Below, piece after piece: positions 22,270-32,330 of a stretch of 64,000 nucleotides of DNA; position 1 is the stretch's first letter, and each line of letters starts with the position of its first letter. Made by a program: the position numbers and the translations under genes. This DNA is from Chamaesiphon sp. GTDB lineage: Bacteria; Cyanobacteriota; Cyanobacteriia; Cyanobacteriales; Chamaesiphonaceae. The notes beneath the pieces are model-generated. The model did no database searches, was not told the origin of the DNA, and saw nothing but the letters and a program-made list of their open reading frames with translations. The stretch is taken from positions 1 to 64,000 of the forward strand of contig CBDFFH010000034.1 of the NCBI GenBank assembly GCA_965246715.1, read 5' to 3'.

Positions 22270-23526
22270 CTTCCACCCCTGATACTTTTACATCTGACTT
22301 GGTGTCCAAGATCTTCAAGACCATGTAGGCTGATATTGGCAAGTAAGGGGCTGATAGTCCCGCCTTGAGGTGTTCCTGACTCTGAGATAGGGAACTCTCC
22401 TCTAACTCCGGCTTTGATAGCTCTGAAGAGTCCGGTTTTTGCTGCTCTTGGTAGTTGAACGCTTCGCATAATGAATTTGTGGTCGATAGCGTTGAAACAC
22501 CGTTCGATGTCCAGTTCCAGGATTCTTTTCTCAATACCTTTTTTTCCAAGGTTGTCGAATATCCCTTTTTGAACATCGTGACATGAAGACAATCTTTCTC
22601 AGCTTTCGCCAAGGGATTATTTTCCATTTATCGCTCGGTTTTAATTCCGTCGTCATAACATGATTTACGCATTGAGAATCTGTCTATGTAAACCGCGCCC
22701 AGTTGTCTTCAAGTCCTTACCTTTCAGATTTTCGAGCGCATCTTACCAATTTCCCCCGCTAAACCTTATTTAAGGGCTTCACTTCTTCTAGGGGCATATC
22801 CTAGATTCTCAGAAGAAGGTATTGGAAACTGTTTTATTCGTTCCTCAGTTTAGTTATTTTGCGGTTTTAGGTTCCTTCAATTCACCCACCATTTCCCAGG
22901 ATTACAGATGTTAACCAGAAACTCTGTGGGTATATTCATCCTTATCGGATTATTTTGTGTGATTATCTAATCTTTCGATTAGGGGGCCTTGGATGCTTTT
23001 TTAGAAGGTTCAGACTTAACTTAACCGTTACACGCTTACCTAACGGGTATCAGCCTGTCATTTGACTTTATGGCTTCGTTATTCCCGTCCTATTCCCAGC
23101 TTCATTTTCAGAGTTTTATTCTCTGTCCATGTGGGTAGGTCTGGCATCACTCCATCCCTAGAGGGTAGGACTTGCTTACTTCGTATTTTCGGCTCACCTA
23201 CACTAAACTGAAGTTTTCCTTACTTTCTTTAAAGTTTCAATTGAAACTAAGGCGGTGTAAGGAATCTTATCCCCATAACTAGTGTTATGTTTCAAAGAAA
23301 CGAGCCGCACCTGATTCCGCCCTGTTCCCAGCTTCACTCTCACGAATTCCGAGTCGTGTCGGTGTGGGCAGGTAAGGATTCACTCTTGAGTTTAGAGGGA
23401 GGGACTTGCACCCTCATCAATCGGACAGTTCAAGCCTTAGAGTGCTACATGTCTGGTAGCAAGCTTGGAAGTACTATGTACGGACTTTCACCGTGATTCA
23501 TACTTCAACGAATCGCACTATTCTAA

Positions 23527-23958
23527 GCCATTAAGATCTTCGATTGGAATGGAGATGGTTTTAACGACATCTTGATGGCGGATGGTGGAAGTGGTTTGGA
23601 TATCAAACTCAACCAACTCAAACCATTACCTCCTACCACCCCCACTACCTCACTGCTAAAGACCACATTTGTATATCACTATGCAACACCCGATAGCACT
23701 GTTATCGCCAAGAAAACTCAGGCCGATATCGTCGTTCGAGGTGGGGTTCCCACTCCAGATATCGTCCAACTGTCTTTACCGATGGCGCAGTCACGACTCA
23801 AACTGTCAGTGTCACCGTCAATAACGTCGCACCCACGATCGTCTCAATTATCCAACCACCGCCAATTAACAAAAGTCAAGCAGCAACATTTACCGCCACT
23901 GCCAGCGATCCTGGTATTGCCGATAAAATGGAAAATCGATTCTCTTGCCAAAGGCTAA
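23527..23958 (+). pseudogene. Remnant of an FG-GAP/PKD-repeat surface protein
   Basis: IFDWNGDGFNDIL (FG-GAP/VCBS motif), then in another frame DGAVTTQTVSVTVNNVAPTI..FTATASDPG (PKD-like). No intact start. Confidence 0.7.
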
Positions 23959-24028
23959 GCCAACTAATAAATCGACCGATCGAACAAGCTGATAGTATAC
24001 AATTACTCGTAAGTTCAGTAAATCCCAG

Positions 24029-25408
24029 ATGAAAATCCTGCATCTATCTGATATCCATATGGGTAGCGGTTTCGGTCACGGTCGGATCGATCCAGAAACC
24101 GGACAAAATACCAGACTTCAAGATTTTACAAAATCCTTGTCGCGGGCGATCGATCGGGCGGTTTCCGAACCAGTCGATTTGGTTTTATTTGGTGGCGATG
24201 CCTTTCCAGATGCCACACCTGCACCTTACATTCAGCAAGCTTTTGCTGCGCAATTTTATCGTCTCGTCGATGCAAATATTCCCGTCGTCTTATTAGTTGG
24301 CAACCACGATCAACACGCCCAGGGGCAAGGTGGCGCTAGTCTATCGATTTATCGATCGCTGGGAGTTCCCGGCACGATCGTGGGTGACAAGATCGGGACA
24401 CATACGATCGCGACTCGGAGTGGGGAGATTCAGATCGTAACGCTACCGTGGATCAATCGATCGACGCTACTTACCCGCGAGATTACCGAAAACTTATCGA
24501 TTCCAGAAGTAAATCAGCTATTGCTCGATCGACTTCAGCCATGTTTAGAAGGTGAGATCCGCCAGCTAAACCCAGAACTACCAACGATCTTATTGGCGCA
24601 TCTGATGGCAGATAATGCCACGCTGGGAGCTGAAAAAATGCTCGCAGTGGGGCGTGGATTTACGATTCCCTTGGCGTTTCTGACGCGTCCTTGTTTTGAC
24701 TATGTGGCACTCGGACACGTCCATCGCCACCAAAATCTCAATAAAACTAATGACCCCGCAGTCGTCTACCCTGGTAGCATCGAGCGGGTAGACTTTAGTG
24801 AAGAGAAGGAAGATAAGGGGTATGTTTTAGTTGAGATCGAACTTTCTGCGGAAGAGATTAATAAGAAGAAGTTTGCTACTACATGGGAATTTTGCCCGTT
24901 GCCCGTGCGGACATTTCGGACGATTAAAATCGATGTCTCCAAAAGCGAACAGCCACAGTTGGAAATCTTAGCTGCGATCGCAAAAGTCGATATCAATGAT
25001 GTTGTTGTCCGATTGATTTATCAACTCAGTCCCGATCGGGTGGAATTAGTGAATACTGCGGGTCTCCATGAAGCATTGAGTACCGCGCATCATTATACGA
25101 TCCAAGCGGAGTTAATCAGTCAACTCAGCAAGCCCCGATTGCCAGAACTCGGCTGTAGCGTGGGCGATCCGATGGTGGCACTCTCTACTTATCTCGATAA
25201 TCGTCCCGATCTTAAAGATATCTCTACAGCGATGCTCGCTGCTGCTGAGGAACTGATGTCAGGCGACGGACATGCTAATAGTTATGCCGATCGAGTATTG
25301 CTAGATCTCGAATCTTCGCCCGATCCGTTAGCCATTCATCCCGCTAAAACCGATCTGGATCGATCGTCGATCGAACAGACGGCTGACGGACAATTAACTT
25401 TGCTGTAA
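24029..25408 (+). CDS. sbcD: Exonuclease SbcD (Mre11-like)
   Basis: LSDIHMG, GGDAF, VGNHD, ALGHVH, YPGSIERVDFSE. Confidence 0.93.
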   Translation: MKILHLSDIHMGSGFGHGRIDPETGQNTRLQDFTKSLSRAIDRAVSEPVDLVLFGGDAFPDATPAPYIQQAFAAQFYRLVDANIPVVLLVGNHDQHAQGQGGASLSIYRSLGVPGTIVGDKIGTHTIATRSGEIQIVTLPWINRSTLLTREITENLSIPEVNQLLLDRLQPCLEGEIRQLNPELPTILLAHLMADNATLGAEKMLAVGRGFTIPLAFLTRPCFDYVALGHVHRHQNLNKTNDPAVVYPGSIERVDFSEEKEDKGYVLVEIELSAEEINKKKFATTWEFCPLPVRTFRTIKIDVSKSEQPQLEILAAIAKVDINDVVVRLIYQLSPDRVELVNTAGLHEALSTAHHYTIQAELISQLSKPRLPELGCSVGDPMVALSTYLDNRPDLKDISTAMLAAAEELMSGDGHANSYADRVLLDLESSPDPLAIHPAKTDLDRSSIEQTADGQLTLL

Positions 25409-25416
25409 GCAAATGT

Positions 25417-25598
25417 GGCGTTGCTGAATATGGGTATGATTTTTTGTAGGGGTGCTCCTGTCTTGTCGTTTTTTTATTCGGGGGGAACCCCCGAATAAAA
25501 ACGCCGCTTGTGGGTACCCTGAATCGATGCGGGGTAAGCACGAGGCATTACCCCTACAAAAATTATTTGTGCGTTTCATCCCTTAATTCAGCAACGCC
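25417..25598. mobile_element. MITE with IS1-like ends, carrying a REP and a nested CT mini-element
   Basis: ggcgttgctgaat ... attcagcaacgcc; ends resemble the IS1 TIR at 52452/53278. Confidence 0.75.
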
Positions 25599-25756
25599 GC
25601 CTTTTTTTCGATTGCCACCCATCTTCAGTTGGTAACGCCATTGAGTTATCGATTAACCCCAGCATTTTGGATATCGATTTAGACTAGAGATAGAGATCGG
25701 GCAACTCCCGACATTTGCCGAACGAACGGGATACAGCAAAGCTATCACAGGGATCT

Positions 25757-27406
25757 ATGGCTGAAATCGTGCAATCTAGCTCGCGTCGATTGGAAATTCT
25801 CGATGTGTTGCTGCGGTATGGCTGGGACTACATGCGACAGCTTCTGACGATCGGGCGCGCCGACAAGCCAGAAGTCCCGCCACCAGACATTCTCCGGAAT
25901 ATTCTCACCGACTTGGGGCCAGTCTATGTCAAATTGGGGCAACTTTTGAGTACGCGTCCCGATCTCCTTCCACCAGAATATATCGATGCACTCAGTTCGC
26001 TGCAATCAAATGTACCCGTAGTTCCACCTAGCGAGATTGCCGAATTTATTCACATCCAATTACCCCAGCCAGCGGAGGAAATCTTCTCCCAGATCGATTA
26101 TCAAGCGATCGCGGCAGGATCGATCGCCCAAACCCATCGTGCAACTCTAAAAGATGGACAGTTAGTAGCGATCAAAATCCAACGTCCTGGCATCGATGTG
26201 ACGGTAGCTAGGGATATCGCCCTCCTCAAAAAAACTGCCGAACTAGTCTCTGGAACTGACTTTGGCAAGCAATACGATATCGTCTCGCTCGCCGAAGAAT
26301 TTAGCACCGCGCTCAAGGCGGAATTAGATTTTACGCAAGAAGCCAACTATACCGAACAACTTCGCAGTAATCTTGCCAAGAGTAGCTGGTTCGATCCCAA
26401 CCGCATCGTCGTACCGAGAATTCACCGTCATTTGACGACACCAAAAGTCCTGGTGATGGAGTGGCTGGATGGGGTGCCGATTCTGACAGCTCAGATGGGG
26501 GGTAAGGAATATAATGGTGATGTCGATGCCGAAAAGCGATCGCTGACGACATTAATATTTCGCGCATTTTTTCAGCAATATTTAGTGGATGGTTTTTTTC
26601 ATGCCGATCCGCATCCAGGCAATTTATTTTATCTCAACGATGGTCGGCTCGCAATTCTCGATTGTGGCATGATGGGGCGGCTCGATCCACGTACCCAGAC
26701 GGTACTCATCGAAATGGTGTTAGCAATTATCGATCTCGATGCTCAAAGATGCAGCCAGCTAACGTTGCAATTAGCCGATGCCACTCAACCAGTGGATCTG
26801 TTCCAATTGGAACGAGATTATGAGCGATTGCTACGGAAATATGGCAATTTGAGTCTAAATAATATTAATGCTAGTCAAGCATTTTATGAGATTTTACAAG
26901 CGGCGCGGAAAAATTATCTGCGGTGGCCAAGCAATATTGGATTGTTTGCAAAATCTTTAGCTAACTTAGAAGGTGCTGGGCGACAGTTTTATCCAGCGGT
27001 AAACGTGATAACCGAGGTGAAACCGCTGATGACAGATATGTTTCAGCGTCAATTATTAGGTGATAATCCATTACAATCGGTGCTAAGAACTGCCTTAGAG
27101 TTTAAGAATCTATCGTTAGAATCGCCTCGGCAATTTAGCTTTCTACTCAATCGTTTGAGTTCGGAAACATTACGATTAAATTTAACGATTCAAGATTTAG
27201 ATCTACTGCGGTTGAGTTTGGATGACGCTGCCAATCGTCGATCGTTTAGTACGTTAGTAGGCTCGTTAGCGATCTCAGCCGCGATTATTTCGACGGCGGC
27301 ACGCACGCCAGAGTTGCAGTTACTCAGTAATATTTTATTTGGGGTGGCAAGTTTGCTGGGGTTATGGCTGATTTGGAAAATTTTGCGGTCGGGAAAATTG
27401 AAATAA
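25757..27406 (+). CDS. ABC1/UbiB-family atypical kinase
   Basis: LGPVYVKLGQ, AAGSIAQ, VAIKIQRP, FFHADPHPGN, LDCGMMG. Confidence 0.92.
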   Translation: MAEIVQSSSRRLEILDVLLRYGWDYMRQLLTIGRADKPEVPPPDILRNILTDLGPVYVKLGQLLSTRPDLLPPEYIDALSSLQSNVPVVPPSEIAEFIHIQLPQPAEEIFSQIDYQAIAAGSIAQTHRATLKDGQLVAIKIQRPGIDVTVARDIALLKKTAELVSGTDFGKQYDIVSLAEEFSTALKAELDFTQEANYTEQLRSNLAKSSWFDPNRIVVPRIHRHLTTPKVLVMEWLDGVPILTAQMGGKEYNGDVDAEKRSLTTLIFRAFFQQYLVDGFFHADPHPGNLFYLNDGRLAILDCGMMGRLDPRTQTVLIEMVLAIIDLDAQRCSQLTLQLADATQPVDLFQLERDYERLLRKYGNLSLNNINASQAFYEILQAARKNYLRWPSNIGLFAKSLANLEGAGRQFYPAVNVITEVKPLMTDMFQRQLLGDNPLQSVLRTALEFKNLSLESPRQFSFLLNRLSSETLRLNLTIQDLDLLRLSLDDAANRRSFSTLVGSLAISAAIISTAARTPELQLLSNILFGVASLLGLWLIWKILRSGKLK

Positions 27407-27451
27407 CTGTAACGTGAGTTAACCTAACTCACGTTACAGTTATTTCAATTT
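27395..27451. repeat. Perfect 27-bp inverted repeat with a 3-nt loop (possible bidirectional terminator)
   Basis: aaattgaaataactgtaacgtgagtta-acc-taactcacgttacagttatttcaattt, between convergent genes. Confidence 0.85.
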
Positions 27452-27565
27452 GAGGGGTGAATTACGATTCACCCTTCAAACTATTCGATACTTGACGTTG
27501 CTAAATTGTGGTATAAAACACTTTCTGAATTCAGCAACGTCTGATATTTAATCTAGCCGATCGAG

Positions 27566-29362
27566 TTATGGTGTCTCTTTCTTCGGTTTGTAGGTAGAAA
27601 TCACCTCTAATTCTTTGAGTTGTTTGGCATCGACACTTGCAGGAGCATTGGTGAGCAAACATTTAGCTTGCTGTGTCTTCGGAAAGGCGATGACATCGCG
27701 GATCGAATCTTCACCAGCTAATAACATTACCAACCGATCGAGTCCGTAAGCAATTCCCCCATGTGGGGGCGTACCATACTCAAATGCTTCGAGTAAAAAG
27801 CCAAATTTATCGTTAGCTTCAGCTTCAGATAAACCGATCGCACTAAATACTCGCTCTTGAACTTCGCGTTGATGAATTCGGACGCTACCACCGCCGATTT
27901 CAGTACCGTTGAAGATGATATCGTAGGCTTGCGCGCGCGCGGTTGCTAGATCGTCGATATCATCCGGATGCGGTGCGGTGAAGGGGTGATGGAGGGCTTC
28001 GAGTCTGTTCTCATCGGCATTCCACTCGAACATCGGGAAGTCTGTCACCCAGAGCAGATTGACTTTATTGTCGTCAATTAAACCGAGTTCGCGTCCGATG
28101 ACTAACCGCAACCGATCGAGCGTTTTATTCACCATCGCGGCATCGCCAGCAGCAAAGAGTAATAAGTCGCCAGGTTTAGCACCTGTCAGCGTTAATAACT
28201 GTTGCTTGCTTTGAGCAGATAGCGAATCTTTAATCGCACCGATCGTTTCTAATTCATTCCCTTCGAGGACGCGAATATAGGCTAAACCTTTAGCACCTGC
28301 TTCGCTGGCTTCTTTAAATAAGTTACCACCGGGTTTGATCCGTACATTGGAAATAGTTTCATTACCACCAGGAATCGGTAAGATTTTGACAATGCCACCA
28401 CTGGCGATCGCACCGGAAAATACTTTAAATTGGGAATCTTTAAAGACATCGGAAACGTTGACTAATTTCAGATCGAAGCGGGTATCGGGCTTATCACAAC
28501 CGTACAGATCCATCGCTGCGGCATAAGTCATTCGAGGAAATGGACGAACTAATTCTACACCTTTAATTTCCTTAAAGATTTGCCAGACTAATGCTTCATT
28601 GAGATTGATGATTTCTTCCTGCGACATGAAACTCATTTCCATGTCCAATTGGGTAAATTCTGGCTGTCTGTCAGCGCGAAGATCTTCGTCGCGGAAACAA
28701 CGCGCGATCTGATAATAGCGATCGCATCCAGATACCATCAATAGTTGTTTGAATAGCTGTGGCGACTGTGGTAGCGCAAACCATTCACCTAAATTCACCC
28801 GACTGGGGAGGATAAAGTCGCGCGCGCCTTCTGGGGTAGAGCGGGTGAGGATCGGTGTCTCGATTTCGATGAAATTTTGGCGATCTTCCAGGAAGCGACG
28901 AATGGTTTTAGTGACTTGATGACGGAGTTGGAGATTCGTACTCATCCGTTCGCGGCGCAGATCGAGATAGCGATACTTGAGGCGTAAATCCTCGCGCACC
29001 GACTCATTTTCGGTTTGAGATACTTGGAATGGTAATTGCTTGCGAACGCTATTTAAGACCTCGATTTGCTCGGCATAAACCTCGATTTCACCCGTAGGGA
29101 TCCGCGAATTAATCGATTCATCGGGACGTTGATAAACGCGTCCGGTAATTTTGACGACGTACTCGCTGCGCAGCGTTTCGGCAAGATGGTAGGATTCAGG
29201 CGTGCGAATGGGATCGCTGACTACTTGCACCGAGCCGGATCGATCGCGGATATGGAGAAAAATTACCCCCCCAAGATCGCGGCGACGATCTACCCATCCG
29301 CAGAGAGTAATAGTTTCGCCAATTTGTTCGGTGCGGATTGTGCCGCAATAATGGGTTCGCAT
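27566..29362 (-). CDS. aspS: Aspartate--tRNA ligase
   Basis: [47 protein letters not shown]. Confidence 0.98.
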   Translation of the reverse strand: MRTHYCGTIRTEQIGETITLCGWVDRRRDLGGVIFLHIRDRSGSVQVVSDPIRTPESYHLAETLRSEYVVKITGRVYQRPDESINSRIPTGEIEVYAEQIEVLNSVRKQLPFQVSQTENESVREDLRLKYRYLDLRRERMSTNLQLRHQVTKTIRRFLEDRQNFIEIETPILTRSTPEGARDFILPSRVNLGEWFALPQSPQLFKQLLMVSGCDRYYQIARCFRDEDLRADRQPEFTQLDMEMSFMSQEEIINLNEALVWQIFKEIKGVELVRPFPRMTYAAAMDLYGCDKPDTRFDLKLVNVSDVFKDSQFKVFSGAIASGGIVKILPIPGGNETISNVRIKPGGNLFKEASEAGAKGLAYIRVLEGNELETIGAIKDSLSAQSKQQLLTLTGAKPGDLLLFAAGDAAMVNKTLDRLRLVIGRELGLIDDNKVNLLWVTDFPMFEWNADENRLEALHHPFTAPHPDDIDDLATARAQAYDIIFNGTEIGGGSVRIHQREVQERVFSAIGLSEAEANDKFGFLLEAFEYGTPPHGGIAYGLDRLVMLLAGEDSIRDVIAFPKTQQAKCLLTNAPASVDAKQLKELEVISTYKPKKETP

Positions 29363-29658
29363 ATACTTTGACTAAATCTAGTTCGATAATTACTAAGAGC
29401 TTGTTGATTTTTACCCTGAAGTGACCTGGGGAAAATCTATTTTACTCCCGCGTGCAACTACTACACTTGGCGATCGAGGATCTCCGCTAAGTCAGTTACA
29501 AAATTGCGACGGAAGTGGAAAATTCTTTCCCATTATCTACCATTCTTTGTCCCACGAGCGAAGATTTTGGGGAAGTGGCGAGAGCTGAATGTGGGTTCGC
29601 GATACCTTGCCTGGATTATTGTGGATTTTGAATTGATGTTCCTGACTGGAAGAGGAGA

Positions 29659-30339
29659 ATGGCTATCTTAGCGCAGAATATTCATGTTTGGGAGGTAGAC
29701 CTCAATCTTACTCAGGAATGTATCGAGGCGTTGAGTTGCTGCTTAGACGAGCGGGAACGACAGCGTGCTGCTAAATTCATCAATCCGACTCATGGCGATC
29801 GGTGGACGGTCGCACGGGGCTATTTACGCCAGATTCTCAGCCAGTATGTAGATCTTACCCCATCGCAGATCGTCTTTAGTTATGGCAAGCAAGGTAAGCC
29901 AACAATTGCGGGCAACCCGATTCAGTTTAATCTCTCGCATTCTCGCGATCGGGCTGTATATGCCATTAGTGCCAAACATCCAGTTGGCATCGATCTCGAA
30001 TACATTCATCCTCTAGCTGCGGCAGATTTAGTCGATCGCTTTTTTTCACCAGCCGAATGCGCGATTTTTCATAGTTTACCAGTATCGATTCAGCAAGCTG
30101 CTTTTTTTCATGCCTGGACGCAAAAAGAAGCCTATCTCAAGGCTGATGGTACCGGACTGACAACTCCATTAGATCGAATTGAAGTCTCGATCGATCCGCG
30201 CACTCCCGCGCAAATTATCTCCACACCAACAGCTGGAAGTTGGCAGCTCCACAAACTAAAGCTCTCCCCCGAATATGCTGGTGCGATTGCGATCGGGGGA
30301 GAGTTTGCGGCGATCGAATATCATCGCCAAGTCAATTAG
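29659..30339 (+). CDS. Sfp/HetI-type 4'-phosphopantetheinyl transferase
   Basis: GKP, FNLSHS, VGIDLE, WTQKEAYLKA. Confidence 0.92.
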   Translation: MAILAQNIHVWEVDLNLTQECIEALSCCLDERERQRAAKFINPTHGDRWTVARGYLRQILSQYVDLTPSQIVFSYGKQGKPTIAGNPIQFNLSHSRDRAVYAISAKHPVGIDLEYIHPLAAADLVDRFFSPAECAIFHSLPVSIQQAAFFHAWTQKEAYLKADGTGLTTPLDRIEVSIDPRTPAQIISTPTAGSWQLHKLKLSPEYAGAIAIGGEFAAIEYHRQVN

Positions 30340-30357
30340 TTTGGTAACACCATGAAT

Positions 30358-31359
30358 TTATAATTCAGGATTCATCGCGTTGCGCTGACGATCTAACATA
30401 TGTTCGAATTCGATCGCAGCGGCGACCGCAAACTGGATCGCGCCTAGAATCCAAAAGACTTCCAACATAAACCCTCCTTGGTAATCTTTAATCTGATTTC
30501 CTGCATAGGCAAACCACATATCGGCAATGTAGTAGCAAATAATCGCTTGAGCATTGATTTGCCAAGCACGGCTGAGTCGTCCGCCCCAAAAAGCTAAAAT
30601 CATTACTGCTGCTAGGGCGAATAAGACGACATCACTCCAAACATAGAAGGCATTTAAAGTCGAACCATAGGGTTTGAAGATCCCATCGAAGTACATCACC
30701 CATCCAGGGGCATCGGTCTTTGACCCGTCTGGCTTAGTTGACTCTGGTGCGAGACTCGGCGCTGATGGCGCGGAACTGGCTGGTTGGCTTTGGATTTGAG
30801 TGGTAACATTAGCAGGTGCTACTGTCGCTGCCAGACTCGCTGCTGGGGGCTTGAGAATCCACACGACGATCGTGGCTGCATAGAGCGCGATTCCCACCAC
30901 GATCGCCCATTGATATATTTTTAGCCGCACATGTCTAGTTGCGATGGCGATAACCATCGCTAGCGACAGACAAACATAAAAGATACAGAAAAACGGATCG
31001 CCCAAACAGCCAGTAGAATTCAGATGCCATACTAATTCCCACGAACTAAAGAAAATATTGCCGATCGTATATGAGATGAGGGCGATACCCATCAATAACC
31101 ACACTTTACTCCCACTGGGCATTCGGCTGCTCAAGCCATTGCGGATACATAACAATCCAGCGATGAGCGACGGAATATTTTGCAGAATATAAGCTGTCAA
31201 CAACCGATACCATAACGGTCGATCTGTATTTTGTGGCGAACCACTAAAAAACATGTAAACCACTAGCGATAAGGCAGACCAGCCCCATGCCCAATAGATG
31301 ATGTTTTGTTTGCGCCACAGGTGTTCCCATTGGCCCAGTATGCGTGCAAAATTTAGCAT
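30358..31359 (-). CDS. Hypothetical multi-pass membrane protein
   Basis: 333-aa ORF with about 8 hydrophobic segments and a Pro/Ala/Ser linker. Confidence 0.7.
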   Translation of the reverse strand: MLNFARILGQWEHLWRKQNIIYWAWGWSALSLVVYMFFSGSPQNTDRPLWYRLLTAYILQNIPSLIAGLLCIRNGLSSRMPSGSKVWLLMGIALISYTIGNIFFSSWELVWHLNSTGCLGDPFFCIFYVCLSLAMVIAIATRHVRLKIYQWAIVVGIALYAATIVVWILKPPAASLAATVAPANVTTQIQSQPASSAPSAPSLAPESTKPDGSKTDAPGWVMYFDGIFKPYGSTLNAFYVWSDVVLFALAAVMILAFWGGRLSRAWQINAQAIICYYIADMWFAYAGNQIKDYQGGFMLEVFWILGAIQFAVAAAIEFEHMLDRQRNAMNPEL

Positions 31360-31634
31360 GTATTTATCTAACTAATAACTATATAACGCCGCTCGATTCG
31401 CCACCAGAGATGCTACACGAGTGCAGTATTCTCTGAAGAGCGGATCGATCCGCTACGATCTCTCTTAATTATTAGTATTCCCAGTTCGCAACTAATTTAT
31501 TCTAAAGATTACCAACTTTATTGTTGGCACAGCCTCTGTGTTGAGTCAGCAGCTCGATCTTAAGGGAAACGCTTCTTACAACGAGAATTATCGAACTCAT
31601 TACATCATCTATATATTTCTGAGCTAGCTAAATG

Positions 31635-32303
31635 CTACTGTTTTTTCAGCCAGAGTTGAAACTCTTGTTTGAGGTGCGGTGACAATCTATTTTGTAAGTC
31701 AATTAGTAGTTCGTTAGCGTAGTTTTTGCCTAGATATTTCCCGCCTAGTCGTTGGATTTCCAGATATAATTTGGCTACTTGCGATGCGGTGAGCGTGGAT
31801 AATTCGAGCGCTCGATCTGGTTGCTTCGCCGCCAGAATTGTTGCCGATAGGTAGGTAATCGATCGAACATTGGGAATGCTTGATAATATTTCCGTACCAA
31901 ATGCGGTAGCTCGCTCTGCGCCTAACAATTCGCCCACTTCAGTCCATAAGCCATCGAAGAGGCAAAGTTGAGCGCGAAAGACAGCTTCTAATCGCTCTTT
32001 TTGTGGGTCGATCGATTGCGGGAAATCGATCTTCCGCTCCATCCACACCGAATATTGCTGAGTATTTTTGACAATCAAACATCCTGTTCCTTGTTCGTCA
32101 AAATGTCGGCTTAACCCCTGTGCTGCTTGTAATTCACCCGAAGAGAAAGTCTGAACTAGTTCGTACTGACGATCTCGATAATCGAGCAACGATATTTGTC
32201 GCTCGGGGTTTTTGGCATCTGGACGCTGCGAGATCCGCACATCCTGAATATTAACGATATTCATAAGATCTATTAAATGCAATAATTTATATACCATAGA
32301 CAA
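31635..32303 (-). CDS. Hypothetical cyanobacterial protein (possibly Npun_F0813-like)
   Basis: QDVRIS..LLDY....YELVQTF..CLIV...QYSVW pattern; family assignment from memory only. Confidence 0.6.
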   Translation of the reverse strand: MSMVYKLLHLIDLMNIVNIQDVRISQRPDAKNPERQISLLDYRDRQYELVQTFSSGELQAAQGLSRHFDEQGTGCLIVKNTQQYSVWMERKIDFPQSIDPQKERLEAVFRAQLCLFDGLWTEVGELLGAERATAFGTEILSSIPNVRSITYLSATILAAKQPDRALELSTLTASQVAKLYLEIQRLGGKYLGKNYANELLIDLQNRLSPHLKQEFQLWLKKQ

Positions 32304-32330
32304 ATAATTCTACTTTAGTATTAGGCCGAC

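Larger units (their letters stand above)
19941..22656 (-). pseudogene. Outer intron RT/maturase/HNH with an internal deletion and an ISAs1 insertion
   Basis: MTTELKPSDKWKIIPWRKLRKIVF jumps out of frame to SCHDVQ (early RT subdomains missing). GTPQGG; RYADD after IS removal; C-terminal EIHHKDGN..LHRECH. Confidence 0.87.
19906..23518 (-). mobile_element. 5' portion of an outer group II intron (chloroplast-like class), degenerate
   Basis: 5' GTGCGATTCGTT at 23518. Ends at the left half of DV (aggagcgtagtgaagggaaact) at 19906. Confidence 0.88.

Noticed and set aside
22262..22627. 121-aa ORF MENNPLAK...
   Set aside because: Off-frame reading across the deleted intron RT and the IS end.
17559..22656. 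RTs as retron, DGR or defence-associated RTs
   Set aside because: Both have maturase/HNH domains and group II intron 5' and 3' RNA boundaries.
23287..23496. Short ORFs within intron RNA domains (also 19323-19793)
   Set aside because: They overlap structured ribozyme sequence and show no protein motifs.
29659..30339. PPTase as part of the NRPS cluster
   Set aside because: It is about 13 kb away among housekeeping genes; it may act in trans, but linkage is unsupported.
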